NCBI GenBank assembly: GCA_033763455.1
Contig: JANRKO010000028.1
Coordinates: 1-64,000 of the forward strand
Reading direction: 5' to 3'
DNA length: 64,000 nucleotides
Source: Polyangiaceae bacterium
GTDB taxonomy: Bacteria; Myxococcota_A; Polyangia; Polyangiales; Polyangiaceae
Shown here: in pieces, positions 9,645 through 19,088 of the stretch
Layout: each line of letters starts with the position of its first letter
How positions within the stretch are numbered: position 1 is the first letter of the stretch
Made by a program: the position numbers and the translations under genes
The notes under the pieces: generated by a model
The model's input: only the letters and a program-made list of their open reading frames with translations
Told to the model about the DNA's origin: nothing
Database searches by the model: none

Positions 9645-12068
9645 ATGACGCTGCGCGGCGTAATTCTCGGTCTCCTGCTTGGCTTGGGCATCTCGTTTGC
9701 CACCTTCTTCAATGATTGGGTGATCGGGCAGACGCCACTCATTGGCAATCATTTGCCGATCTCAGTGTTCGGGTTCGCTGTGGTGCTCCTGTTTGCGGTA
9801 AATCCGCTGCTGGGCCGCCTGGGGCCGCGCGCTGCGCTCAAAGCGGGAGAGGTAGCCGTGGTGGTCGCGATTGGGCTTGCTGCTTGCGGCTGGCCTGGGT
9901 CGAATTTCTATCGCGCGTTTGCCACCGTTACGGCGCTGCCTTCGCATTGGCTGAAAACGAAAACGGCTTGGCAATCCACCAACGTGTTTTCGTACGTCCC
10001 CGGCGCCTCGGCGGAGCTTGGCCAAGGCCACGTTAAGAATTGGGAGAAGCTCCCCCGCGAATTGACCGCGCAGGCACAAGCCCCAACCCCGCTTGGGCAG
10101 CTTTTTCGTGTTATGAACACAGGTTCACAGCGCACGTTCGAAGAAGCAGCCAAGAAGCCCAAGCTAGATGTCGCGCAACTGCCGAACCTCACCCGGGCGT
10201 TGAACCAAGGCTTGGCGGAACCGGCGCTTTTCGATCCGAAGATCTTCAAGGCAGAATTGCCCGAGGCGCTCCGGCAGGTGGCGCAAGTGGCGCCCGAAAA
10301 ACGCGCCCGAGAAGATGTGTTAGCTCTGAATCGGGCGGCCTTGGTTGCGGCTTTGCCCGAGTACTTTGTGGCCCCGCCTGAAGGCAACGGAGCGCTTTTG
10401 CTCGGGGGCAAGGCCGATCCATTCGCTGTCGACACCTTGCTTCAGGGGCGTGGTGCCAATGCGCAGCTAAGCCTTTCCGCACTCCCCTGGAAAGCTTGGG
10501 CTCCCACGCTGTGGCTGTGGGGCGGGCTTGCAATGGCCTTTGCCTTTGCTTCGCTGTGCCTCACGCTCATCGTTCACCCGCAGTGGTCTAAGCGCGAGCT
10601 CTTGGCCTACCCGGTGGCTCGCTTCATTGAAGAAGCCTCTGAGCGAAAGCCCGGGAATCTTTTGCCAGAGGTCGCCCAAAGCAAGCTCTTCTGGGGTGGA
10701 GCCGTAGTGCTTTTCCTTTGGCACTTCCAAAACGGTTTGCACGCCTGGTTCCCCGCGGTGCCTGAGATCCCGCGTGGCTTCGATTTAACGGCGCTTGCTG
10801 TGCTTTTTCCGAATGCTGCCAAGGTGGATGGCTCGTGGGGTTATTTCGCCCCCACTCTCTATATTTCCGTCATTGCGTTTAGCTTCTTCATGCCGAGCCA
10901 GGTTTCGTTCAGCTTGGGCGTAGCGCAATTGCTGTTCATCGCCCTCGGCGCCGTGATGCTGGGCCAGGGGTATCCTCTGGATGGACACATCCTGGACGCG
11001 AAAAATTCCAACTTGTTGCGCGTTGGTGGCTTCCTTGGGATGGCGGGTGTCATCCTCTACACGGGCCGCAGTTTTTATAAGCAGGTGGTGTTGGGGGCTT
11101 TCGGCAAGGCCCAATCAGAAGAGGTGCCGAGCTACTCCATTTGGGCGGCGCGAGTGCTCGTGGTGTTCCTGTTGTTTGCGCTCTACTTGTTGCACGGGGC
11201 AGGGCTCACGTTTCTGCTTTCGTGTTTGTTTGTGCTGCTCACGCTGCTTTTGTTCTTGGTGATGACCCGCATTGCCACCGAAACGGGCGCTTTTTTCATT
11301 CAGCCATATTGGGCTCCGGTCGGCGTCATCACCGCTGTTTTTGGCTTCGAGAGTGTAGGCCCCACGGCGTTCGCGTTGCTGGCAATGGCGAGTGTTATCC
11401 TCACTATGGATCCGCGTGAGGCGCTTATGCCCTACCTCGCCCACGCTCTGCGCTTGGTGGATCGCACTGCTCAAACCTCCCCCGCCAAAGCTGTGCCTTG
11501 GCTCACCCTCATGATCCTTTCCGGCTTCGTTGTTGCCGGAACCGTGACGTTCTACCTCCAGTACAACCGCGGCGCCGCTCCGGTGAACGGCGGCTGGCAG
11601 ATCCAGTACATGCCTGCGATGGGCTTCGACCTCATGGCGCAGCACCTTTCCGATTCTATCGCCAAGGGCTCGCTTGCCGAGGCGACGCAGAGCCAGGGGC
11701 TCGCCCGCTTGTTGATGGCTCGCCCGCTTGAGGGGGGTATGTTCTGGATGGGGCTCGGCCTTTTTCTGGTATTGCTTACAGCATTGGGCCGCTTGCGGTT
11801 ACCCTCTTGGCCGTTGCATCCCGTGCTTTTCCTGGTGTGGGGCAGCACGCCGCTCGTGCACTTTGGCGCGTCTTTCCTGATCGGCTGGATGGTGAAATCT
11901 GGTGTTATCTCCACCACTGGCGCGAAGGGTTACCGTTCGGTGCGGCCACTCATGATTGGCCTCATCGCAGGTGAGCTCATGGCCGGTCTGTTTTGGATTT
12001 TGGTGGGAGCTACGTATTATTTCACCACCGGGAAAACACCGGTGGCTTATAGTATCTTCCCTGGTTAG
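9645..12068 (+). CDS. Polytopic membrane protein, DUF6785/DUF6784-like putative transporter
   Basis: Many hydrophobic segments; QWSKRELLAYP and WPLHP motifs recalled for this family. Confidence 0.7.
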   Translation: MTLRGVILGLLLGLGISFATFFNDWVIGQTPLIGNHLPISVFGFAVVLLFAVNPLLGRLGPRAALKAGEVAVVVAIGLAACGWPGSNFYRAFATVTALPSHWLKTKTAWQSTNVFSYVPGASAELGQGHVKNWEKLPRELTAQAQAPTPLGQLFRVMNTGSQRTFEEAAKKPKLDVAQLPNLTRALNQGLAEPALFDPKIFKAELPEALRQVAQVAPEKRAREDVLALNRAALVAALPEYFVAPPEGNGALLLGGKADPFAVDTLLQGRGANAQLSLSALPWKAWAPTLWLWGGLAMAFAFASLCLTLIVHPQWSKRELLAYPVARFIEEASERKPGNLLPEVAQSKLFWGGAVVLFLWHFQNGLHAWFPAVPEIPRGFDLTALAVLFPNAAKVDGSWGYFAPTLYISVIAFSFFMPSQVSFSLGVAQLLFIALGAVMLGQGYPLDGHILDAKNSNLLRVGGFLGMAGVILYTGRSFYKQVVLGAFGKAQSEEVPSYSIWAARVLVVFLLFALYLLHGAGLTFLLSCLFVLLTLLLFLVMTRIATETGAFFIQPYWAPVGVITAVFGFESVGPTAFALLAMASVILTMDPREALMPYLAHALRLVDRTAQTSPAKAVPWLTLMILSGFVVAGTVTFYLQYNRGAAPVNGGWQIQYMPAMGFDLMAQHLSDSIAKGSLAEATQSQGLARLLMARPLEGGMFWMGLGLFLVLLTALGRLRLPSWPLHPVLFLVWGSTPLVHFGASFLIGWMVKSGVISTTGAKGYRSVRPLMIGLIAGELMAGLFWILVGATYYFTTGKTPVAYSIFPG

Positions 12069-12095
12069 GAGCACGAGGGCTGGGCGATCTATCGA

Positions 12096-13292
12096 TCAGG
12101 ATAGCTCTTCTTCGAGGCGACGCTGCAAAATGGTGACCGGAACCTGGCGACAAGATCTGGATAGCCTAGATTCTTCGCCACCCGGCGTGATGATCCAGAC
12201 TTCCGTCACATCGGGCAGCTCCCGCTTGAGCCCGGGGGGCACGTCGATCGAGTGGGTCTGCTGGATCCCGAGCTTCGCCTCGAGTGCGAACCAACGGAGC
12301 CCGGTGCGACCCTGCGCTGCGACCAGAAAATCGATCTCTTCTCCTTCTTTTGTTCTCCAAAAATGAAGCTGCAGCGCTAACCCACGATGGTCCCGCGCGC
12401 GAACCAGCTCCCCAAAGACGAGCGTCTCGAAGAGGGGCCCCGCCTGGGGACTCGCCAGAAGGGGCTCGACCGCGCGCCAACCTTGGAGGTTCGACGCCAA
12501 GCCGCAATCTAGAAAGTAGATCTTGGGTGTGCGCACCAGGCGCTTGTTCAAGTTAGAATGATAGGGAGAGAGGCGGCTTGCCAAGGCGTTACGCTCGAGA
12601 AGATCCAGCCATTCGGAAATGGTTTGGCCCTTCACCCCCGCGAGCTGACCAACATCCGTTGCGTTCAACAAGGTTCCCGTTCGCGCCGCTAAAAGGCCGA
12701 GCGCTTTATGAAACTGGTGGAGCTTGTCGACGTGAGCTGTGGCAGCGATGTCCTTTTCGACGAACGTGCGCACGTAGTCGTCGAGATACCGAAACGGCGA
12801 AATCTCCGGGCGAACGTAAAGCTCCGGCCATCCCCCGCGAAACAACCAGTCAGGGAGCGTCGCTGCCACTCCGAGTTCGGCGACCCCCAGCGTATGAAGA
12901 AAGAAGTAGCTCGCTCGGCCTGCCAATGATTCGCGAACTTCCTGATCGAGCAGCAGGCGATTCGATCCGGTGATCCAGAACTGCGGTTCCTTCTCGCCGC
13001 GTCGACGTGCCAGATCGATCCTCTTCTTCAACTCTGAGAAAAGGTTGGGAGCGTGCGACGCTTCATCCAGCACGAGTGAGCGGTCGCTCGTGAAACCCGA
13101 CATCTCCAGCAAGAGCGCGGGATCATCTTGCGCCCGCCTGCGGATCTGCATGTCGTCCAGGGAGAGCCACGTCGCGTCGGGCAGCAACCGTGCGAGGAGC
13201 GCGCTCTTCCCGCACTGACGAGGGCCGACCACAACCCGCGCGGGCATCGACGGCTGATTCAACTCCCGGGCCAGATCACGCTCGAACCACAT
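12096..13292 (-). CDS. AAA+ ATPase with C-terminal DUF4143 (PD-(D/E)xK-like) domain
   Basis: GPRQCGKS Walker A, LVLDE Walker B, ITGS, ESLAGR, GGWPE, PKIYFLDCGL, EIDFL...EAK. Confidence 0.9.
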   Translation of the reverse strand: MWFERDLARELNQPSMPARVVVGPRQCGKSALLARLLPDATWLSLDDMQIRRRAQDDPALLLEMSGFTSDRSLVLDEASHAPNLFSELKKRIDLARRRGEKEPQFWITGSNRLLLDQEVRESLAGRASYFFLHTLGVAELGVAATLPDWLFRGGWPELYVRPEISPFRYLDDYVRTFVEKDIAATAHVDKLHQFHKALGLLAARTGTLLNATDVGQLAGVKGQTISEWLDLLERNALASRLSPYHSNLNKRLVRTPKIYFLDCGLASNLQGWRAVEPLLASPQAGPLFETLVFGELVRARDHRGLALQLHFWRTKEGEEIDFLVAAQGRTGLRWFALEAKLGIQQTHSIDVPPGLKRELPDVTEVWIITPGGEESRLSRSCRQVPVTILQRRLEEELS

Positions 13293-13300
13293 TGGTGACT

Positions 13301-13329
13301 ATATTATGTCATTAGCGTAATATCGTCAA
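13301..13329 (-). promoter_or_regulatory. Sigma70-type promoter of the AAA/DUF4143 gene
   Basis: Minus strand TTGACG, 17 bp, TAATAT, ending 8 nt before the ATG at 13292. Confidence 0.65.
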
Positions 13330-13386
13330 CATGCGGTATATATTGAGAATTTATGTCAATTGCGCGTCCAAACGGACAAGAGCCAT

Positions 13387-14250
13387 TCACTCCGAGCTAT
13401 CGCGCCACATCTCGGGAAAATACGGACCAGAGAATGGCTGTCCGGCTTTCGGATGCCGACCCAAAAACACCACGTTGGGATGCCATTGGGTAGCGCCGCT
13501 GAAGCACGTATCTCCCGGCATCATGTGGGCAACAACACTTAGCCTGGGCGCCAGGCTTAGGTTCGGGCCGGAGCCGTGCAAGGTGAGCGAGTGGTGGAAG
13601 CTCACTTGCCCCGCGCGAAGCACGCAGGGCTCGTCGAGCCATTCGCCAAGGGGTTCGTACTTCTCCCGAAGAGCTTCCAGATCTTGCTCCCAAAATGTAT
13701 CGCTGCTTGGGATCAACCCCCAACGGTGAGAGCCTACGATGGTGCGCATACCGCCATTGCTAAGATCGGTGTCTTGGAGGGCAACCCACGCTGTGCACAT
13801 GTTGGTGGTGTTCGAAGCCTGCCAATAGCCGTAATCTTGGTGCCAGCCTACGTTGCCCACAGGGCTTCGGCCTTCTGGGCCCTGGCCGGGCTTGTAAATG
13901 GCTTGATCGTGCCAGAGCTTCGTGGAGCGGACGCGCATCAACCGACCGGCAATGGCTCCCAGAAGTGGGCTTAACACTGCAGCCTGGATCTCGGAGTTGA
14001 GCCAAAATGAGTTGCACTGCTGGCGAATCTTACAATCGCTTTGAACAGGCAGAGGCTTGCCGTACTGCGAAGGCGGGCCATCGAATTCCCCGGCCCAGAG
14101 GCGTTCGTGAGCTGCGCGCAAGCGGGAGATCTGCTGCGTATTCAGTAGCGGTTGGCTGATCCAATAGCCTCGCAGCCAATATTCTTCCACGTCACGAGTG
14201 GTGGGTAAGAGGGATGAGGTGTCGGGTGAGCTAGCAATTCTGGCAGCCAT
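13387..14250 (-). CDS. Phytanoyl-CoA dioxygenase (PhyH) family Fe(II)/2-oxoglutarate dioxygenase
   Basis: WHQD (HxD), AWVAL, NGGM, GSH, LHGSGPN...R motifs. Confidence 0.92.
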   Translation of the reverse strand: MAARIASSPDTSSLLPTTRDVEEYWLRGYWISQPLLNTQQISRLRAAHERLWAGEFDGPPSQYGKPLPVQSDCKIRQQCNSFWLNSEIQAAVLSPLLGAIAGRLMRVRSTKLWHDQAIYKPGQGPEGRSPVGNVGWHQDYGYWQASNTTNMCTAWVALQDTDLSNGGMRTIVGSHRWGLIPSSDTFWEQDLEALREKYEPLGEWLDEPCVLRAGQVSFHHSLTLHGSGPNLSLAPRLSVVAHMMPGDTCFSGATQWHPNVVFLGRHPKAGQPFSGPYFPEMWRDSSE

Positions 14251-14286
14251 AAACGTGTATGAATCTGATGATATCTGCCCATTTTA

Positions 14287-14413
14287 TGCCTTCCATGGCG
14301 GGTCTGATATAGTGCATGTCAATAATGATACGCTTGGCTCAGGGCACCATCGCCGTCCAACCGTTGCTTTCGCCGGGGCTTGTGCAAGATGCACGCGTTG
14401 CAACCACAGGGCA
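14287..14413 (+). repeat. Direct repeat copy 1: araC promoter and first 33 codons (truncated araC remnant)
   Basis: 127 bp matching 15384..15510 with 4 mismatches; the last 116 bp have 1 mismatch. Confidence 0.95.
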
Positions 14414-14446
14414 CGTGCCGGTGCAACCCGTGGTAGGCACTGATCA

Positions 14447-15379
14447 ATGGATGGTTTTCTTCTCACACAGTGGGGTCGGTGGACTCACGAGGAGGCCCTT
14501 GCCGCACTGGACCAGGCAGCGGCGATGGGGGCACGCCACGTCTCCATCCTCGCCCATCTCTCAATGCCTGGGTGGAGTGCCAGCACGATGCACTGGGGTA
14601 ACCCAAACGATAGCTTCGAAGCCAGCTATCAAGGGCAGCGCCTCGCGCGACTCCTCCCCGCATTCGGTGAGCGAAAGCTAGAACTTGGCTTAGTTCCCGT
14701 GGTGCAAGCACAGGGTCTCAACTCCCGTCAATGGGTCTGGCCGGGCGATCGCCGTGCTTGGTTTCGTGCTTACGCCGATAGACTCGTCGAACTCGCGCGT
14801 TGGGGGGAGAGCGCGGGGGCGAAGGAGCTTGTAGTGGCAAGCGAGCTCACGCTCCTTCTAGCAATGCGCGCACCTTGGGTTGAGGTCGTCACGCGCCTAC
14901 GGCGTGTGTTTCACGGCCACCTCACCGTCTCGCCTGTGTTCCCACAATATCCATGGGTTCGATGGTGGGATTGTCTAGATTCGATCGGGGTTTCCGCGTA
15001 CTTCCCATTGGCACTCTCTCAGAATGCTAGCGCAAATGCTATGGAGCGCGGCTGGCGGGTACATCGCGTACACCTGATAGCGTTCTCCCGCTTGCACAGT
15101 AAGCCGTTAACCTTCGTGGAGGTAGGCTACCCGTGCACCCATGTGGCGGCGTCCCGTCCCTGGGATTTCGCCTGGGCAAAAAGAACCCTCGACCTCGACC
15201 AGCCGGCGCGCTGCTGGGAAGCATTTCGACGCGTGTGGGCTCACGACGACACTCTCCGATCGTTTCGCATCTGGGGCCTCTCCGCTCAACCGAATGTCGA
15301 GCCAAAGGCATTTGAGCCTTGGCACAAGCCTAGCGAGGCTGTGGTGCGGCGGCTCTTCGCCGAACGTCAACAGCGCTAA
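14447..15379 (+). CDS. Glycoside hydrolase family 113-like TIM-barrel protein
   Basis: VVASEL (acid/base Glu), LDSIGVSAYFPL, KPLTFVEVGYP (nucleophile Glu). Confidence 0.75.
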   Translation: MDGFLLTQWGRWTHEEALAALDQAAAMGARHVSILAHLSMPGWSASTMHWGNPNDSFEASYQGQRLARLLPAFGERKLELGLVPVVQAQGLNSRQWVWPGDRRAWFRAYADRLVELARWGESAGAKELVVASELTLLLAMRAPWVEVVTRLRRVFHGHLTVSPVFPQYPWVRWWDCLDSIGVSAYFPLALSQNASANAMERGWRVHRVHLIAFSRLHSKPLTFVEVGYPCTHVAASRPWDFAWAKRTLDLDQPARCWEAFRRVWAHDDTLRSFRIWGLSAQPNVEPKAFEPWHKPSEAVVRRLFAERQQR

Positions 15380-15383
15380 CTCG

Positions 15384-15510
15384 TGCCTTCTAGAGCGGGT
15401 CTGATATAATGCATGTCAATAATGATACGCTTGGCTCAGGGCACCATCGCCGTCCAACCGTTGCTTTCGCCGGGGCTTGTGCAAGATGCACGCGTTGCAA
15501 CCACAGGGCA
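15384..15510 (+). repeat. Direct repeat copy 2: promoter and 5' end of the intact araC gene
   Basis: Matches 14287..14413. Confidence 0.95.
15402..15410 (+). promoter_or_regulatory. Extended -10 promoter element for araC
   Basis: TGaTATAAT; the equivalent site in copy 1 is TGaTATAGT (14305..14313). Confidence 0.55.
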
Positions 15511-16258
15511 TATCCTACACAAGTCGAATTGGGTTCACCACAGATTCACGGTGCATGCGGTGGGCTTTGTCGTGCGTGGTGCCGGAAGCTACGCGGTGGG
15601 TACGGGCGCACCCGAGCGAGTGGAGCCGGGAACGATGTTCGCAGTGTACCCGGGCCCCGTTTTTCACTACGGGCCTGACCCTGGCACAACCTGGGAGGAA
15701 TACTACCTAACGGTCATTGGGAACGGTGTGCGCCGATGGCAGAGGAACAAGTGGCTGTTTGTGGATGGAACCTTACGGCGAGTAGTTCGAAGAGAATCAG
15801 TTATTCAACTTTGGCAGGAGCTTATGCTGATTCTGAACCGCGGTGAATTGGGAGATGCTGATCGTTCCACCGTGGTTGCCGAGCGTTTGCTGGTGGAGGC
15901 TTACTATGGGCAAGTGGCCCACGCCGTACCGGTTGAAGAGTTGAGCCGGCGTGTCCAGGAGTATTGCCAGGCGAACTCCGCGGGGGTGGTCGATTTTGAG
16001 CGGCTCGCGCGATCTTTTGGGGTCAGCTATTCACTGCTTCGCAAGAGAATGAAGCAGGCAACGGGAGAGGGCCCAGCGCACTATTTGGCGCGTGTTCGCT
16101 GCGACCGTGCGCGTGCCCTTTTGGCACAGAGAGAGCTATCGGTCCAAGAGGTTGCCGCAATGGTAGGCATGCCGGACCCGTTTTCGTTCAGCAGGGCGTT
16201 CAAGCGCGCCGTAGGCGTTGCGCCTCGGCACTACCGCGAGCAGATGTTGGGCGGGTAG
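15413..16258 (+). CDS. AraC family transcriptional regulator (start may be ATG 15422)
   Basis: N-terminal cupin-like region; C-terminal LSVQEVAAMVGMPDPFSFSRAFKRAVGVAPRHYR HTH signature. Confidence 0.95.
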   Translation: MSIMIRLAQGTIAVQPLLSPGLVQDARVATTGHILHKSNWVHHRFTVHAVGFVVRGAGSYAVGTGAPERVEPGTMFAVYPGPVFHYGPDPGTTWEEYYLTVIGNGVRRWQRNKWLFVDGTLRRVVRRESVIQLWQELMLILNRGELGDADRSTVVAERLLVEAYYGQVAHAVPVEELSRRVQEYCQANSAGVVDFERLARSFGVSYSLLRKRMKQATGEGPAHYLARVRCDRARALLAQRELSVQEVAAMVGMPDPFSFSRAFKRAVGVAPRHYREQMLGG

Positions 16259-16334
16259 GATGCTTGCCGAACGCTTCCAGGGTTCGCTTAGCTGCGCACT
16301 TTGGCAAAGTAGAAGGAGAGGTCGGCGCCTCCGC

Positions 16335-17960
16335 TCAGCCTTCATCTAGCCGCTGCCGAATCGCTCCTAAAAGAGCGCTGGAGCTAAAGGGCTTCGAAAT
16401 GAGCGTCAGCTTGTGTTCCTTCACGAGCTGCTCCGAGAAGGCCCCGGCTGTATAGCCGCTCACGACTACGATGGGGAGCGAGGGGTGAATGCTTCGCATT
16501 CGTTGCGCCAACACCGAACCTGTGATGCCGGGCATCACGGCGTCGATCACGGCAATTTGGATCGATTGGTGGTGCAGCTCAAAGAGCGCGAGTGCTTGGG
16601 TGCCATCGGTGGCATGTATTACGCGATAGCCGTTTCGTTCCAGGAGGCCACGCATTACACGCATCACGCTCGGATCATCTTCGGCCAATAGGAGGGTCTC
16701 CGTCCCGCCGACGACAGGCGGGGCAATGCGAGCCTCTGGCAAAGGAAAAGAGGTGCCCTCTTCGAGCGGAAAGAATAGGCTAAAACACGTGCCGTGGCCC
16801 TGGGTGCTATCGAGCTCCACTAACCCCTGGTGTTGCTTGGCAATCGCGTAGACGGTGGCCAAGCCCAGGCCCGTTCCTTGCTCCGCTTTGGTTGTGAAGA
16901 AGGGCTCGAAGATGTGCTCGCGAATCGACTCTGAAATGCCCGGGCCGTCGTCTATCACTCGGATCCGTGCAAACCTTCCGGCACTGGCCCACGGATAGGC
17001 TAGAAGCTCCTGAGCCGAAAGGGTCACCGTGTCCGTTAAGAGCTGCACGTTGCCGGTGTCGCTAATTGCATCACCAGCATTTGCGCACAGATTCACGACA
17101 GCGCGATCGAGCTGCACCGGGTCGAGCAACAATTGACCATCGACCGGCCCAGGGGTGAAGCTTATCGCGATGCGTTCTGGGATAAGGCGGCGCACGAGCT
17201 TGAGCAGCATTGCCATCGCGACGTTCAAATCGATGGGAACTCGGGAGAACGCTTGCTCGCGGCTGAGTGCTAGTAAGGCTCGGGTGAGCTCCGCTGCCTT
17301 GGCGCCTGCGGCGAGGATTTCTTCGACAGCCTCCCTGGCTATGCCCGCTCCGTTGGGCAGGTTGTCCCGAGCTATTTCACCGAAACCACAGATGGCTACC
17401 AAGAGGTTGTTAAAATCGTGGGCCACGCCGCCCGCCAACATGCCGACCGACTCCATGCGCTGGGCCTGTCGAAGCCGTGCCTGAAGCGCCTCCCGCTCAG
17501 CTTGGGCTCGCTTCTGCTCGGTAACGTCTCTCAGCATGACCCACAGCCGCTGCAGCTTGCCGCCCTGCACCACGATATGGCCTCTCGCCATCGCGTAGCG
17601 CTTGCTACCGTCCGGACGTTGCTGCACCACCTCGTACCCCTCGGGGCGGGTGCCTTTAACGATCAGCTCTTCGATCAACGCCAAGATCCTTTGGGAGGAT
17701 TCCTGGGCCAAAACGCTCATGTGTTTGCCCACAAGCTCCTTCGGAGTACTGGCTCCGCGCGAGCGGGCGAACAGGTTGTTGCAAGCAACCAGCTTGGAAT
17801 TCATGAAAGCCTGCGCTTGCTCATGCGCGGGCAATGTTGCTGAGATTTCCTCTAGCGGCTCGTAGCAAAAGATAACTTCAGCGTCCGAATCGATGAAAGT
17901 CTGGAGCCTCTCCTCAACTTGAGCGAGTTCGCTTTGTAGCCGCTCGACGTCTTCGTTCAC
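16335..17960 (-). CDS. Hybrid sensor histidine kinase (PAS, HisKA, HATPase, receiver)
   Basis: [13 protein letters not shown]-box, DDGPGI, PFFTTK, GTGLGL, receiver AEDD...IDAVMP...KP. Confidence 0.95.
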   Translation of the reverse strand: MNEDVERLQSELAQVEERLQTFIDSDAEVIFCYEPLEEISATLPAHEQAQAFMNSKLVACNNLFARSRGASTPKELVGKHMSVLAQESSQRILALIEELIVKGTRPEGYEVVQQRPDGSKRYAMARGHIVVQGGKLQRLWVMLRDVTEQKRAQAEREALQARLRQAQRMESVGMLAGGVAHDFNNLLVAICGFGEIARDNLPNGAGIAREAVEEILAAGAKAAELTRALLALSREQAFSRVPIDLNVAMAMLLKLVRRLIPERIAISFTPGPVDGQLLLDPVQLDRAVVNLCANAGDAISDTGNVQLLTDTVTLSAQELLAYPWASAGRFARIRVIDDGPGISESIREHIFEPFFTTKAEQGTGLGLATVYAIAKQHQGLVELDSTQGHGTCFSLFFPLEEGTSFPLPEARIAPPVVGGTETLLLAEDDPSVMRVMRGLLERNGYRVIHATDGTQALALFELHHQSIQIAVIDAVMPGITGSVLAQRMRSIHPSLPIVVVSGYTAGAFSEQLVKEHKLTLISKPFSSSALLGAIRQRLDEG

Positions 17961-17976
17961 GTAGCGACAGGTTACG

Positions 17977-18468
17977 TTATAGGCCAGCGCTTGTCAGCCG
18001 CTGCAGCAGGTTCACCATTTCAACGGCGGCAACGGCGGCGTCGTAGCCCTTGTTGCCGGCTTTGGTGCCCGCTCGTTCGATAGCCTGCTCAATGGTGTCG
18101 GTGGTGAGCACACCAAAGATCACGGGGACACCCGTCTGCTCGGAAATGCTACCGCAAGCGCGGGAAATTTCACCGGCGACGTAGTCGAAGTGGGGTGTTC
18201 CACCGCGAATCACAGCGCCGAGGGCCAAGATAGCGTCAAACTTCCCACTCTTTGCGAGCCGCGCCAAAACAGGGGTCAGCTCGCGTGCACCCGGCACGAT
18301 GATTTCGGTGATCTGAGCCGCCACCACACCGTGCCGGATCAGTCCGTCGCGCGCCCCCGCGGCTAACCGCTCCACCACCAATTCGTTGAACCGACTCGAT
18401 ACAATAGCGAAGCGTGCGCCTGGAGGAGCGTTCAAGAAGCCTTCGAAACGTGCACTGAGATCAACCAT
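17977..18468 (-). CDS. ribH: 6,7-dimethyl-8-ribityllumazine synthase
   Basis: [41 protein letters not shown]. Confidence 0.97.
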   Translation of the reverse strand: MVDLSARFEGFLNAPPGARFAIVSSRFNELVVERLAAGARDGLIRHGVVAAQITEIIVPGARELTPVLARLAKSGKFDAILALGAVIRGGTPHFDYVAGEISRACGSISEQTGVPVIFGVLTTDTIEQAIERAGTKAGNKGYDAAVAAVEMVNLLQRLTSAGL

Positions 18469-18627
18469 TCGGGTGGATTGAGACTAACCCCTCGCCGCCA
18501 GGGTGCAATCTGCAACCGATTATTGAAGCTCGGATTGAGAGGATTGGCCGGTGTTTTGCCTATTTGCCGACAAAAAGCACGCTTTGGACTTGCACAACGG
18601 CGTTTGCTCCTCAAACTCCCCCCTCCC

Positions 18628-19071
18628 ATGGGCGCCCGCACCGGTGCAAGAGAAGCTGCACTCCAGATGTTGTACGCGATTGAGATGACGCATCTCGACG
18701 CGGAAGAAGCGATCTTGAGTTTTTGGCGCGAGCTACCGGGGGACGCAGAGGCTCGCGTTTACGCGGACGAATTGGTGCGTGGGATTGCTGCCAACCTGGA
18801 AGAACTCGACGATTTGATTCGGAGTGCGAGCACTCATTGGCGCTTGGAGCGTATGTCGCGGGTGGACCGCAATATTCTTCGCGTAGGCGCGTTCGAGCTC
18901 AAATGGCACGCTGAGGTGCCCAAAGCTGTGGCCATGGATGAAGCTGTGGAGCTGGCCAAGCGTTTTGGCACTCAGGAGAGCGGAGCTTTTGTAAATGGCC
19001 TGCTCGATCGAATCGCTACCCTGTGTGGGCGCGAATCTGAAACCAGCGAGCTCCTTTCTTCGCGTAGCTAA
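18628..19071 (+). CDS. nusB: Transcription antitermination factor NusB
   Basis: RTGAREAALQMLY, WRLERMSRVDRNILR, DEAVELAKRFG, FVNGLLD; start moved to ATG 18628. Confidence 0.95.
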   Translation: MGARTGAREAALQMLYAIEMTHLDAEEAILSFWRELPGDAEARVYADELVRGIAANLEELDDLIRSASTHWRLERMSRVDRNILRVGAFELKWHAEVPKAVAMDEAVELAKRFGTQESGAFVNGLLDRIATLCGRESETSELLSSRS

Positions 19072-19088
19072 CACAGGGAGGCATCCGC

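Noticed and set aside
14316..14681. 121-aa ORF as an independent gene
   Set aside because: It is a chimera of the duplicated araC start and out-of-frame GH113 sequence
14414..15510. GH113-like gene as an integron cassette (cgcTAAC at its stop resembles an attC inverse core)
   Set aside because: Does not fit RYYYAAC, there is no matching GTTRRRY palindromic end, the repeat is araC sequence, and no integrase is present
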